A DNA stretch of 63,904 bases, the filler included, from an uncultured Gemmatimonadota bacterium (GTDB lineage Bacteria; GCA-2686955), in NCBI GenBank assembly GCA_964490075.1. It is 3 parts of 3 records of this genome, joined end to end, with 100 filler letters (N's around TTAATTAATTAA, not from the genome) between each part and the next. Parts side by side here need not be neighbours in the genome. Positions count along the whole stretch, not along the records: positions 1 to 28,692 come from CAZBBK010000073.1; 2 more parts are not named here. The stretch is one strand, 5' to 3'. Below are positions 11,953 through 21,323 of the stretch, in pieces. Each line of letters opens with the position of its first letter. Positions within the stretch are counted from its first letter, which is position 1. Under the pieces are notes generated by a model. The model saw nothing but the letters and a program-made list of their open reading frames with translations. It was not told where the DNA came from and ran no database searches. Made by a program: the position numbers and the translations under genes.

Positions 11953-13290
11953 ATGAAACGCATCGTGATCCTGGGCGCCGGCCCGATGGGACTGGGGGCG
12001 GCCTATCGCCTGCAGCAGCTCGGCCACCAGGACTTCGTGATCTATGACCAGAACGACTTCGTCGGCGGTCTGGCCGCCAGCTTCGTCGACGACGCCGGAT
12101 TCACCTGGGATATCGGTGGCCACGTGATCTTCAGCCACTACCCCTTCTTCGACGAGTTCATGGCCGACATGGTGTCCGAGACCGTGCCCCACTCGCGCGA
12201 GTCCTGGGTCTGGCTGCAAGACCGCTTCGTCGCCTACCCCTTCCAGAACAACTTCCACTTTCTCGACAAGGAAGTGGTGCTCGAGTGCGTTCTCGGGCTC
12301 CACGAGGCCCCGCAGAAGTACCCGACCTACAGCAATTTCCGCGAGTGGATCCTGCATCGCTTCGGCGACGGCATCGCCAAGTACTTCATGATCCCCTACA
12401 ACTTCAAGGTCTGGGCCACCCCCGCCGAGCTGATGGACCACGGCTGGATCGCCGAGCGGGTCAGCGTCATCGACATGAAGATGATCCTGGAGAACATCCT
12501 CGGCGCCAAGAAGGACGCCGGATGGGGGCCCAACTCCACCTTCGACTTCCCGCTGAAGGGTGGCACCGGCGGGCTCTACTCGCCGATGGAGGCGCGGCTG
12601 GGCGAGCGGCTCAAGCTGCGCCGCCGCCTGGTGGCGGTCGACCCCGAGGCGCGCCGGCTGCGTTTCGACACCGGCGAAGAGGAGCATTACGACGTGCTGC
12701 TCAGCGCCGCGCCGCTCGATCTCTTCGTGCCGCTGATCGAAGGGGCGCCCGAGGCGGTGCGTCGGGCGGCCGGCGATATGGTCTTCGCGGGCGGTTGGAT
12801 CGTCGGCATCGGCCTGCGCCAGAGCTGTCCCTCCGACAAAAACTGGATGTACTTCCCAGAGCCCGACTGCCCTTTTTACCGCGTCACCTATCTCTCCAAC
12901 TACTCGCCGCGCATCGCTCCCGACGCCGGCCACTACTCGCTGCTCTGCGAGGTCAGCGAGTCGGAGCACAAGCCCGTCACGCGCGACCAGGCGGTCGAGC
13001 AAACGATCCAGGGACTGATCAACACCAAGCTGCTGCGCCCTTCCGATCGCGACGACATCGTCTCCACTTACGTGATCCGTCGCGACCACACCTATCCGGT
13101 GCCCTTCGTCGGTCGCGACGAGCGCTTGCGGGTGGTGCAGGAGTGGTTGGAGTCGCAGCGGATCCTGTCGCGCGGTCGATTCGGGGGATGGAAGTACGAG
13201 GTCGGCAACATGGATCATTCGGTGCAGATGGGCAAAGAGGCGATCGATCGCATCGTCGAGGATCGCAAGGAGAGGGTCTATTCCTGGTAG
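11953..13290 (+). CDS. FAD-dependent UDP-galactopyranose mutase, eukaryote-type subfamily
   Basis: GAGPMGLGAA FAD motif, GGHVIFSHY, PYNFKVWA, WIAERV, WGPNSTF, PFYRVTYLSNYSP and RGRFGGWKYEVGNMDHS. Confidence 0.8.
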   Translation: MKRIVILGAGPMGLGAAYRLQQLGHQDFVIYDQNDFVGGLAASFVDDAGFTWDIGGHVIFSHYPFFDEFMADMVSETVPHSRESWVWLQDRFVAYPFQNNFHFLDKEVVLECVLGLHEAPQKYPTYSNFREWILHRFGDGIAKYFMIPYNFKVWATPAELMDHGWIAERVSVIDMKMILENILGAKKDAGWGPNSTFDFPLKGGTGGLYSPMEARLGERLKLRRRLVAVDPEARRLRFDTGEEEHYDVLLSAAPLDLFVPLIEGAPEAVRRAAGDMVFAGGWIVGIGLRQSCPSDKNWMYFPEPDCPFYRVTYLSNYSPRIAPDAGHYSLLCEVSESEHKPVTRDQAVEQTIQGLINTKLLRPSDRDDIVSTYVIRRDHTYPVPFVGRDERLRVVQEWLESQRILSRGRFGGWKYEVGNMDHSVQMGKEAIDRIVEDRKERVYSW

Positions 13291-13357
13291 CGCCGCGGGC
13301 TGCGCGGATTCCCCGATCATCGACGCGGAGAGCGCCGCCGCGCTCTCGGGCTTCGAC

Positions 13358-16300
13358 GTGGTGATGCCGAGCTGGCTGCGCTGGGACGGTGTGCAGCTGA
13401 TCATGCACAAGACCGCCCGCCACCTGGCCGGCAGCGGCAATCGGGTGCTCTTCTGCGAGCCGCCCTATGCGATCTCGACCATCAGGCTGCACCCTCAACA
13501 TGCCGAGCGGATCCGCGGCGACCTGCGCCGTTGGCGCGAAGGGGTGAGGCGCGTCGCCCCCGATCTCTACGTATGGACCCCGCCGCCCGTGCTGCTGCAG
13601 ATGGGGATCCACGCCGCCAACGATGCCCTGAACCACCGGCTGCTGCGCTTCGCGCTGGGCCGCGCGGTGCGCCGGCTCGGCATGCGCCGGCCGATCGTCT
13701 GGTCCTACCACCCCTTCTACTTGCCCGACGAGGACTTCCTCTCGCCGCGGGCGGTGATCTTCGACTGCAACGACCGCATCGCCGCCTTCGAGCCGCGCCA
13801 GGAAAAGCGCCGGTTGCTCGATCCGATGGAGGCGGCCTGCCTGCGCCGCGCCGATCGGGTGTTCGTGACGGCGCGCACCCTGGAGGAGGATCTGCGTGCT
13901 ATCCGGCCCGATATCGCCTACCTGCCGAGCGGAGTAGACGCCGCGGTGGTCGACGCAATCGCCACTGGTGAGCTGGACGCGCCCGCCGATCTCGCCGCGA
14001 TTCCCGCCCCCCGGCTCGGCTATGTCGGCGCGATCGACTCGCGCATCGACTACGAGCTGCTGAGCGCCCTCGTCGAGGCCGATTCCGCCTGGCAGCTGGT
14101 GCTGATCGGGCCCGAGCTGGAAGCGGCGCCGGAGGAGGCGAAGTCCCATCCCCGCATCCATTTCCTGGGCGGGCGCGAGCCGGGCGAGCTGGCCGCCTAC
14201 CTGGCCGGCTTCGACCTCGGTCTGATCCCCTTTCGGAGCGCACAGTTCGTGCGCTACATGTTCCCCACCAAGACCTACGAGTACCTGGCGGCCGGCATCC
14301 CCTCGGTCTCGACCCTGATTCCGGCGCTCGAGGAGCTGCGCCCGCTGGTGCGGGTCGCGGCCGATCGAGCCGACTTCGTGGAGCAGGCGCGCCAGGCCCT
14401 GGCCGAGTGCGGCGCCGAGGGCGAGGAGCTGCGAGCTCGGCGGGTCGCCGAGGCGCGGGCATGCGTCTGGGAGGAGCGCTATCGACGCGCCGACGGCGAG
14501 CTGGCGGCGCTCTTGGCGGCGGGCGGACGGCCGCCCAGCGGACCGGCCGACCGCATCGAGCTCGAGGCGGCGGCTCTCGGCCGCGCCGGGAAGCGCGTCG
14601 CGCCGGGCGCCGATCGCTGGGGGCGACCCGATCCCGACCGCATCACCATCCTCTTTCTGCCCTGCAACCTGCGCATCGGCGGGGCGGAGCGGCAGCTGGT
14701 CGATCTGGCGAAAGGTCTGGACCGCGCCCGCTTTCGGCCCCTGGTCTGCTGCTTCCGCGAGGTGGGACCTTTCTACGACGAGCTGCTCCAGGCCGCCATC
14801 CCGGCCCGCTTCCTCAACATGCGCCCCCACTACGATCTGCGCGGCCTGCGCGCGATCTGGACGGTGGCGAGGATCCTGCGCCGCGAGCGGGTCGACATCA
14901 TCCAGACCTACGAGTTCAACACCAAGCTGATCGGTTGGCTGGCCGCGCGGCTGGCGCGCACGCCTCTGATCGTCAGCGCCGAGCATGCCACCGGCGAGGT
15001 CGGCGACACGGCCACCAAGAACCGGATGCTGGCGCTCTTGCAGCGGCTCTGCCATCGCTTCATCTACGTCGCTGATGCCCAGAGGCGCTTCTACGAGACC
15101 GAGCGCGGCTTGCACCCGCATCGCTCCCAGGTGATCTACAACGGCATCGATCCGGAGCGTTTCGATCCCGGGCGCGCCGATGCGCTGCCGCGCGAGGAGT
15201 GGGGGATTCCGCCGCGGGCGCCGCTGGTCGGAATCACCGCGGTGCTGCGCCCGGAGAAAGCCCACGAGCTCTTGCTCGACGCCGCGCCAGGCATTCTGGA
15301 GCGGGTCCCCGCCGCCCACTTCCTGATCGTGGGCGACGGCCCGGAGCGCGCGCGTCTCGAGGCGCGCAGCGCCGAGCTGGGGCTCGAGGGGCGTGTCCAC
15401 TTCACCGGCTTCCGCACCGACGTCGAGCGCATCGTGCCGCTCTTCGACGTCGCGGTGCTCTGCTCTGACCCGGTCGTCGAGACCTTCCCGCTCTCGCTGC
15501 TGGAGGCGATGTGCTGCGCCAAAGCGGTGGTGGCCACCGCGGTCAGCGGGGTGCCCGAGATCGTCGAGGAAGGCATCACCGGGCACCTGGTGCCGGTGCG
15601 CGACGCGGCGGCGCTCGGCGAGCGCATCGCCTCCCTGCTGGCCGATCCGGAGCGCGCCCGGGGCTACGGCGCCGCGGGACGCGCCCGAGTGCTGGAGCAT
15701 TTCACCACCGCCGCCATGGTGGAGCGCTACGACGAGCTCTACCGCGGCGATCTGGAGCGCCGCCGCCCGGCGCGCGCCGCCGATCCACATCATCCGGATC
15801 GGGTCGACGTGCTGGGGATCGGCGTCGATCCCGTCCCCCTGCCGGAGCTGATCGACTCCGCTCTCGCCTTCGCTCGCGGGCGAGCTCGCCGCATCATCCT
15901 ATACGCCAACGTCCACGTGCTCGACCGCGGCTTTTTCGACCCCGACCTGCGCGGAATCATCAACGCCGCCGACCTGGTCTACGTCGACGGCAGCGGCGTG
16001 CGGCTGGCCGCGGCGCTGCTCGGCCGCTGGCTACCGCGGCGCATGACCGGCGCCGACTGGATCCACGACCTCTGCGCCCGCGCCGCGAGCGAGGGGACGC
16101 GGCTCTACTTTCTGGCCGGCCGCCAGGGCGTGACCGAGCGGGCCGCGGGGATTCTGCGGGAGCAGCATCCCGGGCTGCAGGTCGTCGGCACCCATCACGG
16201 CTACTTGAGCGGCGACTCGGCCGCCAACCAGGCGGCGCTCGCCGACATCGAGCGCGCCCGCCCCGATATCGTGATCGTGGGTATGGGAACCCCGGTGCAG

Positions 16301-16540
16301 GAGAGGTGGATCCGCGACCATCGGATGCGAATCGCCGCGCCCCTGGTGTGGGGGGTGGGCGCCCTCTTCGACTTTGTCACCGGCGAGGTGCGGCGCGGGC
16401 CGCGCTGGCTGCTCGACCACCACCTGGAGTGGGCGGCGCGCCTCTGCGTCGAGCCGCGCAGGCTGTGGCGGCGCTACTTGGTTGGGAATCCGCTTTTTCT
16501 GGCCCGGGTCCTAAGGCAACGTCTCGCGCGCCCCGAATGA
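13358..16540 (+). CDS. Three-domain glycosyltransferase fusion: GT4 (TuaH-like) + GT4 + WecB/TagA/CpsF (GT26)
   Basis: Domain 1: NRVLFCEPP, GYVGAID, FPTKTYEYLAAG. Domain 2: IGGAERQL, IYNGID, ETFPLSLLEA. Domain 3: YANVH, YVDGSG, RMTGADW, VGMGTPVQE, LEWAARL..EPRRLWRRY. Confidence 0.88.
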   Translation: MVMPSWLRWDGVQLIMHKTARHLAGSGNRVLFCEPPYAISTIRLHPQHAERIRGDLRRWREGVRRVAPDLYVWTPPPVLLQMGIHAANDALNHRLLRFALGRAVRRLGMRRPIVWSYHPFYLPDEDFLSPRAVIFDCNDRIAAFEPRQEKRRLLDPMEAACLRRADRVFVTARTLEEDLRAIRPDIAYLPSGVDAAVVDAIATGELDAPADLAAIPAPRLGYVGAIDSRIDYELLSALVEADSAWQLVLIGPELEAAPEEAKSHPRIHFLGGREPGELAAYLAGFDLGLIPFRSAQFVRYMFPTKTYEYLAAGIPSVSTLIPALEELRPLVRVAADRADFVEQARQALAECGAEGEELRARRVAEARACVWEERYRRADGELAALLAAGGRPPSGPADRIELEAAALGRAGKRVAPGADRWGRPDPDRITILFLPCNLRIGGAERQLVDLAKGLDRARFRPLVCCFREVGPFYDELLQAAIPARFLNMRPHYDLRGLRAIWTVARILRRERVDIIQTYEFNTKLIGWLAARLARTPLIVSAEHATGEVGDTATKNRMLALLQRLCHRFIYVADAQRRFYETERGLHPHRSQVIYNGIDPERFDPGRADALPREEWGIPPRAPLVGITAVLRPEKAHELLLDAAPGILERVPAAHFLIVGDGPERARLEARSAELGLEGRVHFTGFRTDVERIVPLFDVAVLCSDPVVETFPLSLLEAMCCAKAVVATAVSGVPEIVEEGITGHLVPVRDAAALGERIASLLADPERARGYGAAGRARVLEHFTTAAMVERYDELYRGDLERRRPARAADPHHPDRVDVLGIGVDPVPLPELIDSALAFARGRARRIILYANVHVLDRGFFDPDLRGIINAADLVYVDGSGVRLAAALLGRWLPRRMTGADWIHDLCARAASEGTRLYFLAGRQGVTERAAGILREQHPGLQVVGTHHGYLSGDSAANQAALADIERARPDIVIVGMGTPVQERWIRDHRMRIAAPLVWGVGALFDFVTGEVRRGPRWLLDHHLEWAARLCVEPRRLWRRYLVGNPLFLARVLRQRLARPE

Positions 16541-16589
16541 GTATTACGATGGCCGCGCACCGCGTCGCCATCGACAGGAGAGACTCCCG

Positions 16590-18056
16590 ATGAAGGTCTG
16601 CATCGCCTATCCGGCGCTGAACGGCAAAGCCAGCCCCATGCTCACCCAGAACCGCCAGTTCCAGTGGATGAGCATCGGCTCCTACATCTATCCGCTGGTG
16701 CCGGCCTACGCGGCGACCCTGCTCGATCAGGACGGCAACGACGTCCTCTGGCACGACGGCATCGCCGAGCATCGCAGCTACGAGGACTTTCTGAACGAGC
16801 TCGAGTCCGAAAAGGTCGACGTGGTCGCCTTCGAGACCAAGACCCCGGTGGTGAAGTATCACTGGAACATCATCGACGACATCAAGGAGCGCTTGCCGGG
16901 CATCAAGACCGTCCTCTACGGCGACCACGTGACCGCCATGCCGGAGGAGACCCTGGTCCGTTCCCGCACCGACTATGTGCTCACCGGGGGCGACTACGAC
17001 TTCTCGCTGCGCGGACTGGTGCGCTGGCTCCGCGGCGACGCCGACGCCCCCTACAGCGGCACCTGGTGGCGCGACGACGCCGGCAACATCCAGTCCAGCG
17101 GCCACTTCCGCCTGGAAGCCGATCTCGACCAGCTGCCCTTCATCGATCGCGACCTGACCAAGGCCCACCACTACTTCGAGAAGTGGAAGAAGCGCGAGCC
17201 CTTCCGCTACACCATGGTGGCCCGCGACTGCCAGTGGGGGCGCTGCGTCTTCTGCTCCTGGACCACCACCTACAACAACTTCCGCACCCAGACCCACACC
17301 AAGCTGCTGGACGAAATCGGCCACCTGGTCGAGCGCTACGGGGTCAAGGAGGTGTTCGACGATTCCGGCAACTTCCCGACCGGCAAGTGGACCTACGAGT
17401 TCTGCAAGGGGATGATCGAGCGCGGCTACTCCGAGGAGATCCTCTTCACCTGCAACATGAAGTTCGACCTGCTCGTCAAGCACCCCGATCTGATCGACCT
17501 GATGGTCCGCGCCGGCTTCCGCAAGGTGAAGTCGGGTCTGGAGTCGGCCTCGCAGGCCACGCTCGACATGCTGGACAAGAACATCAAGGTGGAGGACATC
17601 GTGGAGGGCTGCAAGATGGCCTCCCGGGCCGGGCTCGATGTGCAGCTGACGATCATGGTCGGCTATCCCTGGGAGACCCGCGAGGACGCCCAGCGCACCG
17701 TCGACCTGGCGCGCGAGCTCTTCGACCAGGGTTTCGCCGAGATGTTGCAGGCGACGGTGGTGATCCCCTATCCGGGCACGCCGCTCTACGAAATGGCGGT
17801 CGCCAACAACTGGTTCCGCTTCGATCCCGCGCAGTACGAGCGCTACGACATGACCGAGCCGGTGCTCCTGACTCCCGACATGAGCCCCGACGAGGTGCAG
17901 AACATGTCCGCCCAGATCTACAAGAACTTCCTTTCGCCGCGCTTCGTCATGCGCAACATCAAGAAGATCCGCTCCTGGGAGGATGTCTCCTACCTGGCCC
18001 GCGGAGCGGTCGCCGTGGGCGGCCACATCGCCGATTTCTGGAAGGTGCGCAAGTAG
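16590..18056 (+). CDS. Cobalamin-binding radical SAM protein
   Basis: N-terminal B12-binding-like region (YPLVPAYAA, LYGDHVTAMPEE), then LPFIDRDL, CQWGRCVFC, GLESASQATLD, MVGYPWET and PYPGTPLY. GGAG RBS upstream. Confidence 0.9.
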   Translation: MKVCIAYPALNGKASPMLTQNRQFQWMSIGSYIYPLVPAYAATLLDQDGNDVLWHDGIAEHRSYEDFLNELESEKVDVVAFETKTPVVKYHWNIIDDIKERLPGIKTVLYGDHVTAMPEETLVRSRTDYVLTGGDYDFSLRGLVRWLRGDADAPYSGTWWRDDAGNIQSSGHFRLEADLDQLPFIDRDLTKAHHYFEKWKKREPFRYTMVARDCQWGRCVFCSWTTTYNNFRTQTHTKLLDEIGHLVERYGVKEVFDDSGNFPTGKWTYEFCKGMIERGYSEEILFTCNMKFDLLVKHPDLIDLMVRAGFRKVKSGLESASQATLDMLDKNIKVEDIVEGCKMASRAGLDVQLTIMVGYPWETREDAQRTVDLARELFDQGFAEMLQATVVIPYPGTPLYEMAVANNWFRFDPAQYERYDMTEPVLLTPDMSPDEVQNMSAQIYKNFLSPRFVMRNIKKIRSWEDVSYLARGAVAVGGHIADFWKVRK

Positions 18057-18216
18057 GACTGGTCTCGCCGCGGCGCATCTCCTAAGATCCCGAAAGTTTA
18101 TGTTCCGACTCGGGTTGCAACGGGTTCGCCGGCCCCTCGGCCGGGCGGCCGATGCAGCCCAAGCGTTGGGAGGTACGGCCTTGTCGTCGCCCCTTTCCCC
18201 CTGGCCGCGCCGGTTG

Positions 18217-18858
18217 ATGGCACCGGCGTGGGTGCTCCTCTCGATCGCGCTCCTGGCGCCGGCGGCCCTTGCGACTCCGGTGTCTGATCGGCCCTACGTG
18301 ATCGGCGCCAACGATTCCTTCGAGGTGTTCGTCTGGAAACAGACCGATCTGTCGATGTCGCTCAACGTCACCGCCGACGGCTTCGTGCACTACCCCCTGA
18401 TCGGAGACCTGCGGGTGGCCGGCATGACGCCGGCGCAGGTCGCCAAGGTCATCGCCGACGGGCTGCGCGACTACATCGTCGAGCCGAAGGTCACGGTGTT
18501 GCCGAAGCTCTTCGACAAGCCGGCGGTGGCGGTGATCGGCGAGGTGAAGTCGGGGGGGATGATGGACTACCGCGAGGGCGCCCATCTGAGCGACTATATC
18601 GCAGTCGCCGGGGGACCGACCCAGGAGGCCAAGCTCTCGCAGGTGACCGTCACGCGCAACGTCGAAGGCGGCGCCGTGAACATCGAGATCGACGCCGAGG
18701 CTTTGTTCGCCGCGGGCGACCCGGCCGTCGACTTCGTGCTACGCGAGGGCGATGTGGTCTACGTGCCGACCAAGTTCACCCTGGTCGACACCCGCATCGT
18801 GGTGCTGACGGCGACCGGCATCATCGGCATACTGGCAACGCTGCTGAGAGGGTTCTAG
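18217..18858 (+). CDS. Polysaccharide biosynthesis/export protein (Wza-like, Poly_export + SLBB)
   Basis: YVIGANDSFEVFVW, DGFVHYPLIGDLRVAGMT, VIGEVK, AGGPT and LREGDVVYVP; N-terminal signal peptide. An alternative start is at 18100. Confidence 0.85.
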   Translation: MAPAWVLLSIALLAPAALATPVSDRPYVIGANDSFEVFVWKQTDLSMSLNVTADGFVHYPLIGDLRVAGMTPAQVAKVIADGLRDYIVEPKVTVLPKLFDKPAVAVIGEVKSGGMMDYREGAHLSDYIAVAGGPTQEAKLSQVTVTRNVEGGAVNIEIDAEALFAAGDPAVDFVLREGDVVYVPTKFTLVDTRIVVLTATGIIGILATLLRGF

Positions 18859-18901
18859 TCTTCTTCCTCGATCTCAACCGAGAGGCCAGGAGCGCGGCGC
18901 A

Positions 18902-19972
18902 GTGACCGTGCAAGCAAACATGCAATCATCGGGCAGAGGGCTGGCGGACTTGATCGGGCTGGTCTCCAACGACGTGGGGATCGACCTCGGCACCGCCAAC
19001 ACGCTGATCTACGTGCGCGGGCGCGGCATCGTTCTGAACGATCCCTCCGTGGTGGCGGTCAACATGCGCGACCGGCGCGTGGTGGCGGTGGGCAGCGAAG
19101 CCAAGAAGATGATCGGCAAGACCCACGACGAGGTCGACGCGATCCGCCCGATGAAGGACGGCGTGATCGCCGACTACGAGATCACCGAGGAGATGCTGCG
19201 GCTCTTCATCACCCAGGTGCTGAAGCGGCGTTTCCTGTTCCGCCCGCGCATCATCGTCTGCGTGCCGAGCGGCATCACCGAGGTCGAAAAGCGCGCGGTG
19301 CGCGACTCCTGCGAGCACGCGGGTGCGCGCGAGGTGTTCCTGGTGCCCGAGCCGATCGCGGCGGCGATCGGGGTGGGGCTGCCGGTCGACGAGGCATCCG
19401 GAAACATGATCATCGACATCGGCGGAGGCACCACCGAGATCGCCGTCATCGCCCTCTCCGGCATCGTCTCCGACGAGTCGATCCGGGTCGGCGGCGACCG
19501 TTTCGACGAGTCGATCGTGCAGTACCTGAAGAACGCCTACAACCTGCTGATCGGCGACCAGACCGCCGAGAACATCAAGATCAACGTCGGCTCCGCCTTC
19601 CCGCTCGACGAGGAGCTGGAGATGGAGGTGAAGGGCCGCGACCTGGTGACCGGGATCCCCAAGACCATGGTCATCAACTCGGTCGAGATCCGCGACGCGC
19701 TGCGCGAGCCGATCAGCCAGATCATCAACTCGCTGCGCATGGCCCTCGAATCGACGCCGCCCGAGCTGGCGGCTGATATCGTCGATCGCGGGATCGTGAT
19801 GACCGGGGGCGGGGCGCTGCTGCGCGGTCTCGACGCTCTGGTGCGGGAAGAGACCAATCTGCCGGTGTCGGTGGTCGACGATCCGCTCACCTGCGTGGTG
19901 CGCGGCACCGGCAAGATCCTCGACGACCTGGAGGCGTACGAGAAGGTCCTGGTCCCGGCCCGGCGCGGGTAG
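18902..19972 (+). CDS. mreB: Rod shape-determining protein MreB
   Basis: IDLGTANT, RPMKDGVIAD, DIGGGTTE and TGGGALL. Confidence 0.97.
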   Translation: MTVQANMQSSGRGLADLIGLVSNDVGIDLGTANTLIYVRGRGIVLNDPSVVAVNMRDRRVVAVGSEAKKMIGKTHDEVDAIRPMKDGVIADYEITEEMLRLFITQVLKRRFLFRPRIIVCVPSGITEVEKRAVRDSCEHAGAREVFLVPEPIAAAIGVGLPVDEASGNMIIDIGGGTTEIAVIALSGIVSDESIRVGGDRFDESIVQYLKNAYNLLIGDQTAENIKINVGSAFPLDEELEMEVKGRDLVTGIPKTMVINSVEIRDALREPISQIINSLRMALESTPPELAADIVDRGIVMTGGGALLRGLDALVREETNLPVSVVDDPLTCVVRGTGKILDDLEAYEKVLVPARRG

Positions 19973-19983
19973 GAGCCCCGCGG

Positions 19984-20820
19984 ATGAACGGCTACAAGGA
20001 CGAGGCGATGCTCGTCCTGGCCATCGCGGCCTCGCTGCTCTTGATCGGAATCGGCGAGGGCGTGGTGGCGCGGGGACTGGGAAGGGCGGTCGCGCTCGCC
20101 TTCCATCCTCCGCGAGCGAGCGTGGCCTGGGTCAACGAGGGGCGCATCTTGCGGCGCGAGCACGAGCGCACCCTGGCGCGTCTGGCCGAGGCCGAAGCGC
20201 AGATCAACCGCAGTCGTGAGCTGCTCCGCGAGAACCATCGCCTGGCCGAGCTGCTCGACTTCTGCGAAGGCGGTTCCGCGGCCCTGGTCGCGGCTCGGGT
20301 CATCGCGGTGCAGGGCGCGGCGCGCTCCGGCGATCTGACCATGATCGTCGACAAGGGGGCGCGCGCCGGGGCGCGAGTCGGCATGGCGGTGATCACTCCC
20401 GATGGGCTGGTGGGCCGGATCGCCATCGCCAACGATTTCTCGTCGGCGGTCGAGCCGCTCTACTCGCGGCGCCTGGCGGTGAGCGTCTACGACACCAGAA
20501 CCCGGGTGGTCGGCATCGCGCGTTGGTCCGACGGCCTGGGGATCGCCCTGGGGAATGTACCACTGCATTGCGAGGTGGCGGCCGGCGACACGGTGCTGAC
20601 CAGCGGCCTCGGGGGGCGTTACCCGAGGGGGGTGCGGGTCGGCGTGGTCGATCGGGTCGAGGCACGGGATTATGAGCTCTTTCGCCGCATAGACATCAAT
20701 CCTGCGGTCGAGCTCCGTCGCCTCGAGGCGGTGCTGATCGTGCTCTCGCACCGCTCGGAGATCGAGGAGCTGATCTTCGACGAAACCGATCAGACCCTGA
20801 TCTCGGGCACAGGGCGATGA
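19984..20820 (+). CDS. mreC: Rod shape-determining protein MreC
   Basis: Coiled coil ENHRLAELL, DKG..AG, GLVGRI, GDTVLTSGLGGRYP; position after mreB. Confidence 0.93.
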   Translation: MNGYKDEAMLVLAIAASLLLIGIGEGVVARGLGRAVALAFHPPRASVAWVNEGRILRREHERTLARLAEAEAQINRSRELLRENHRLAELLDFCEGGSAALVAARVIAVQGAARSGDLTMIVDKGARAGARVGMAVITPDGLVGRIAIANDFSSAVEPLYSRRLAVSVYDTRTRVVGIARWSDGLGIALGNVPLHCEVAAGDTVLTSGLGGRYPRGVRVGVVDRVEARDYELFRRIDINPAVELRRLEAVLIVLSHRSEIEELIFDETDQTLISGTGR

Positions 20821-21323
20821 CCTCGATCCGCTCGCTGATCTTCGCCTCGTTGCTCTACATGGTGCTGCTGGTGGAGACCCAACCGCAGTTCCAGGCCATG
20901 ACCATTCTCGGTGTCACACCCGATCTGGTGCTGGCGTTGCTCTGTGTCTACGGCGTGGAGCGGGGTGCGGCGCGTGCCTGCGGGCTCGGCTTCGTGCTGG
21001 GGCTGGTGCGCGATGCGGCATCGGCGGGAGCCCTCGGACCCCTGGCTCTGGTGGGATCGATCGGAGGCTATCTGGCCGGCAAGCTCGGCCGGCGCATCTA
21101 CAAGCGACAGATTCTCACGCAGCTCCTGTTCACGCTCATGATCGCGCTGATCGTGCACTTGATGGCGCTGCTCTTGGATACCGGCGGCAACATGGGGCAG
21201 GTGGCGCGCAGCGCGCCGATGGCGGTCGGCATGAAGGCGCTCTACACGGCGCTGCTGGCGCCGCCGATCTTCTGGTTCGGGATTCTCTTTCTCGAGCGCG
21301 AGCGACGAATGCATGGGCGCTAG
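20817..21323 (+). CDS. mreD: Rod shape-determining protein MreD
   Basis: Hydrophobic protein with PDLVL and GFVLGLVRD; operon position. Confidence 0.9.
   Translation: MTSIRSLIFASLLYMVLLVETQPQFQAMTILGVTPDLVLALLCVYGVERGAARACGLGFVLGLVRDAASAGALGPLALVGSIGGYLAGKLGRRIYKRQILTQLLFTLMIALIVHLMALLLDTGGNMGQVARSAPMAVGMKALYTALLAPPIFWFGILFLERERRMHGR

Noticed and set aside
18080-18112. dif-like site (…GAAAGTTTATGTTCCGACT)
   Set aside because: Only the TTATGTT part of a XerD arm matches. No XerC arm ending in TAA sits at the right spacing.
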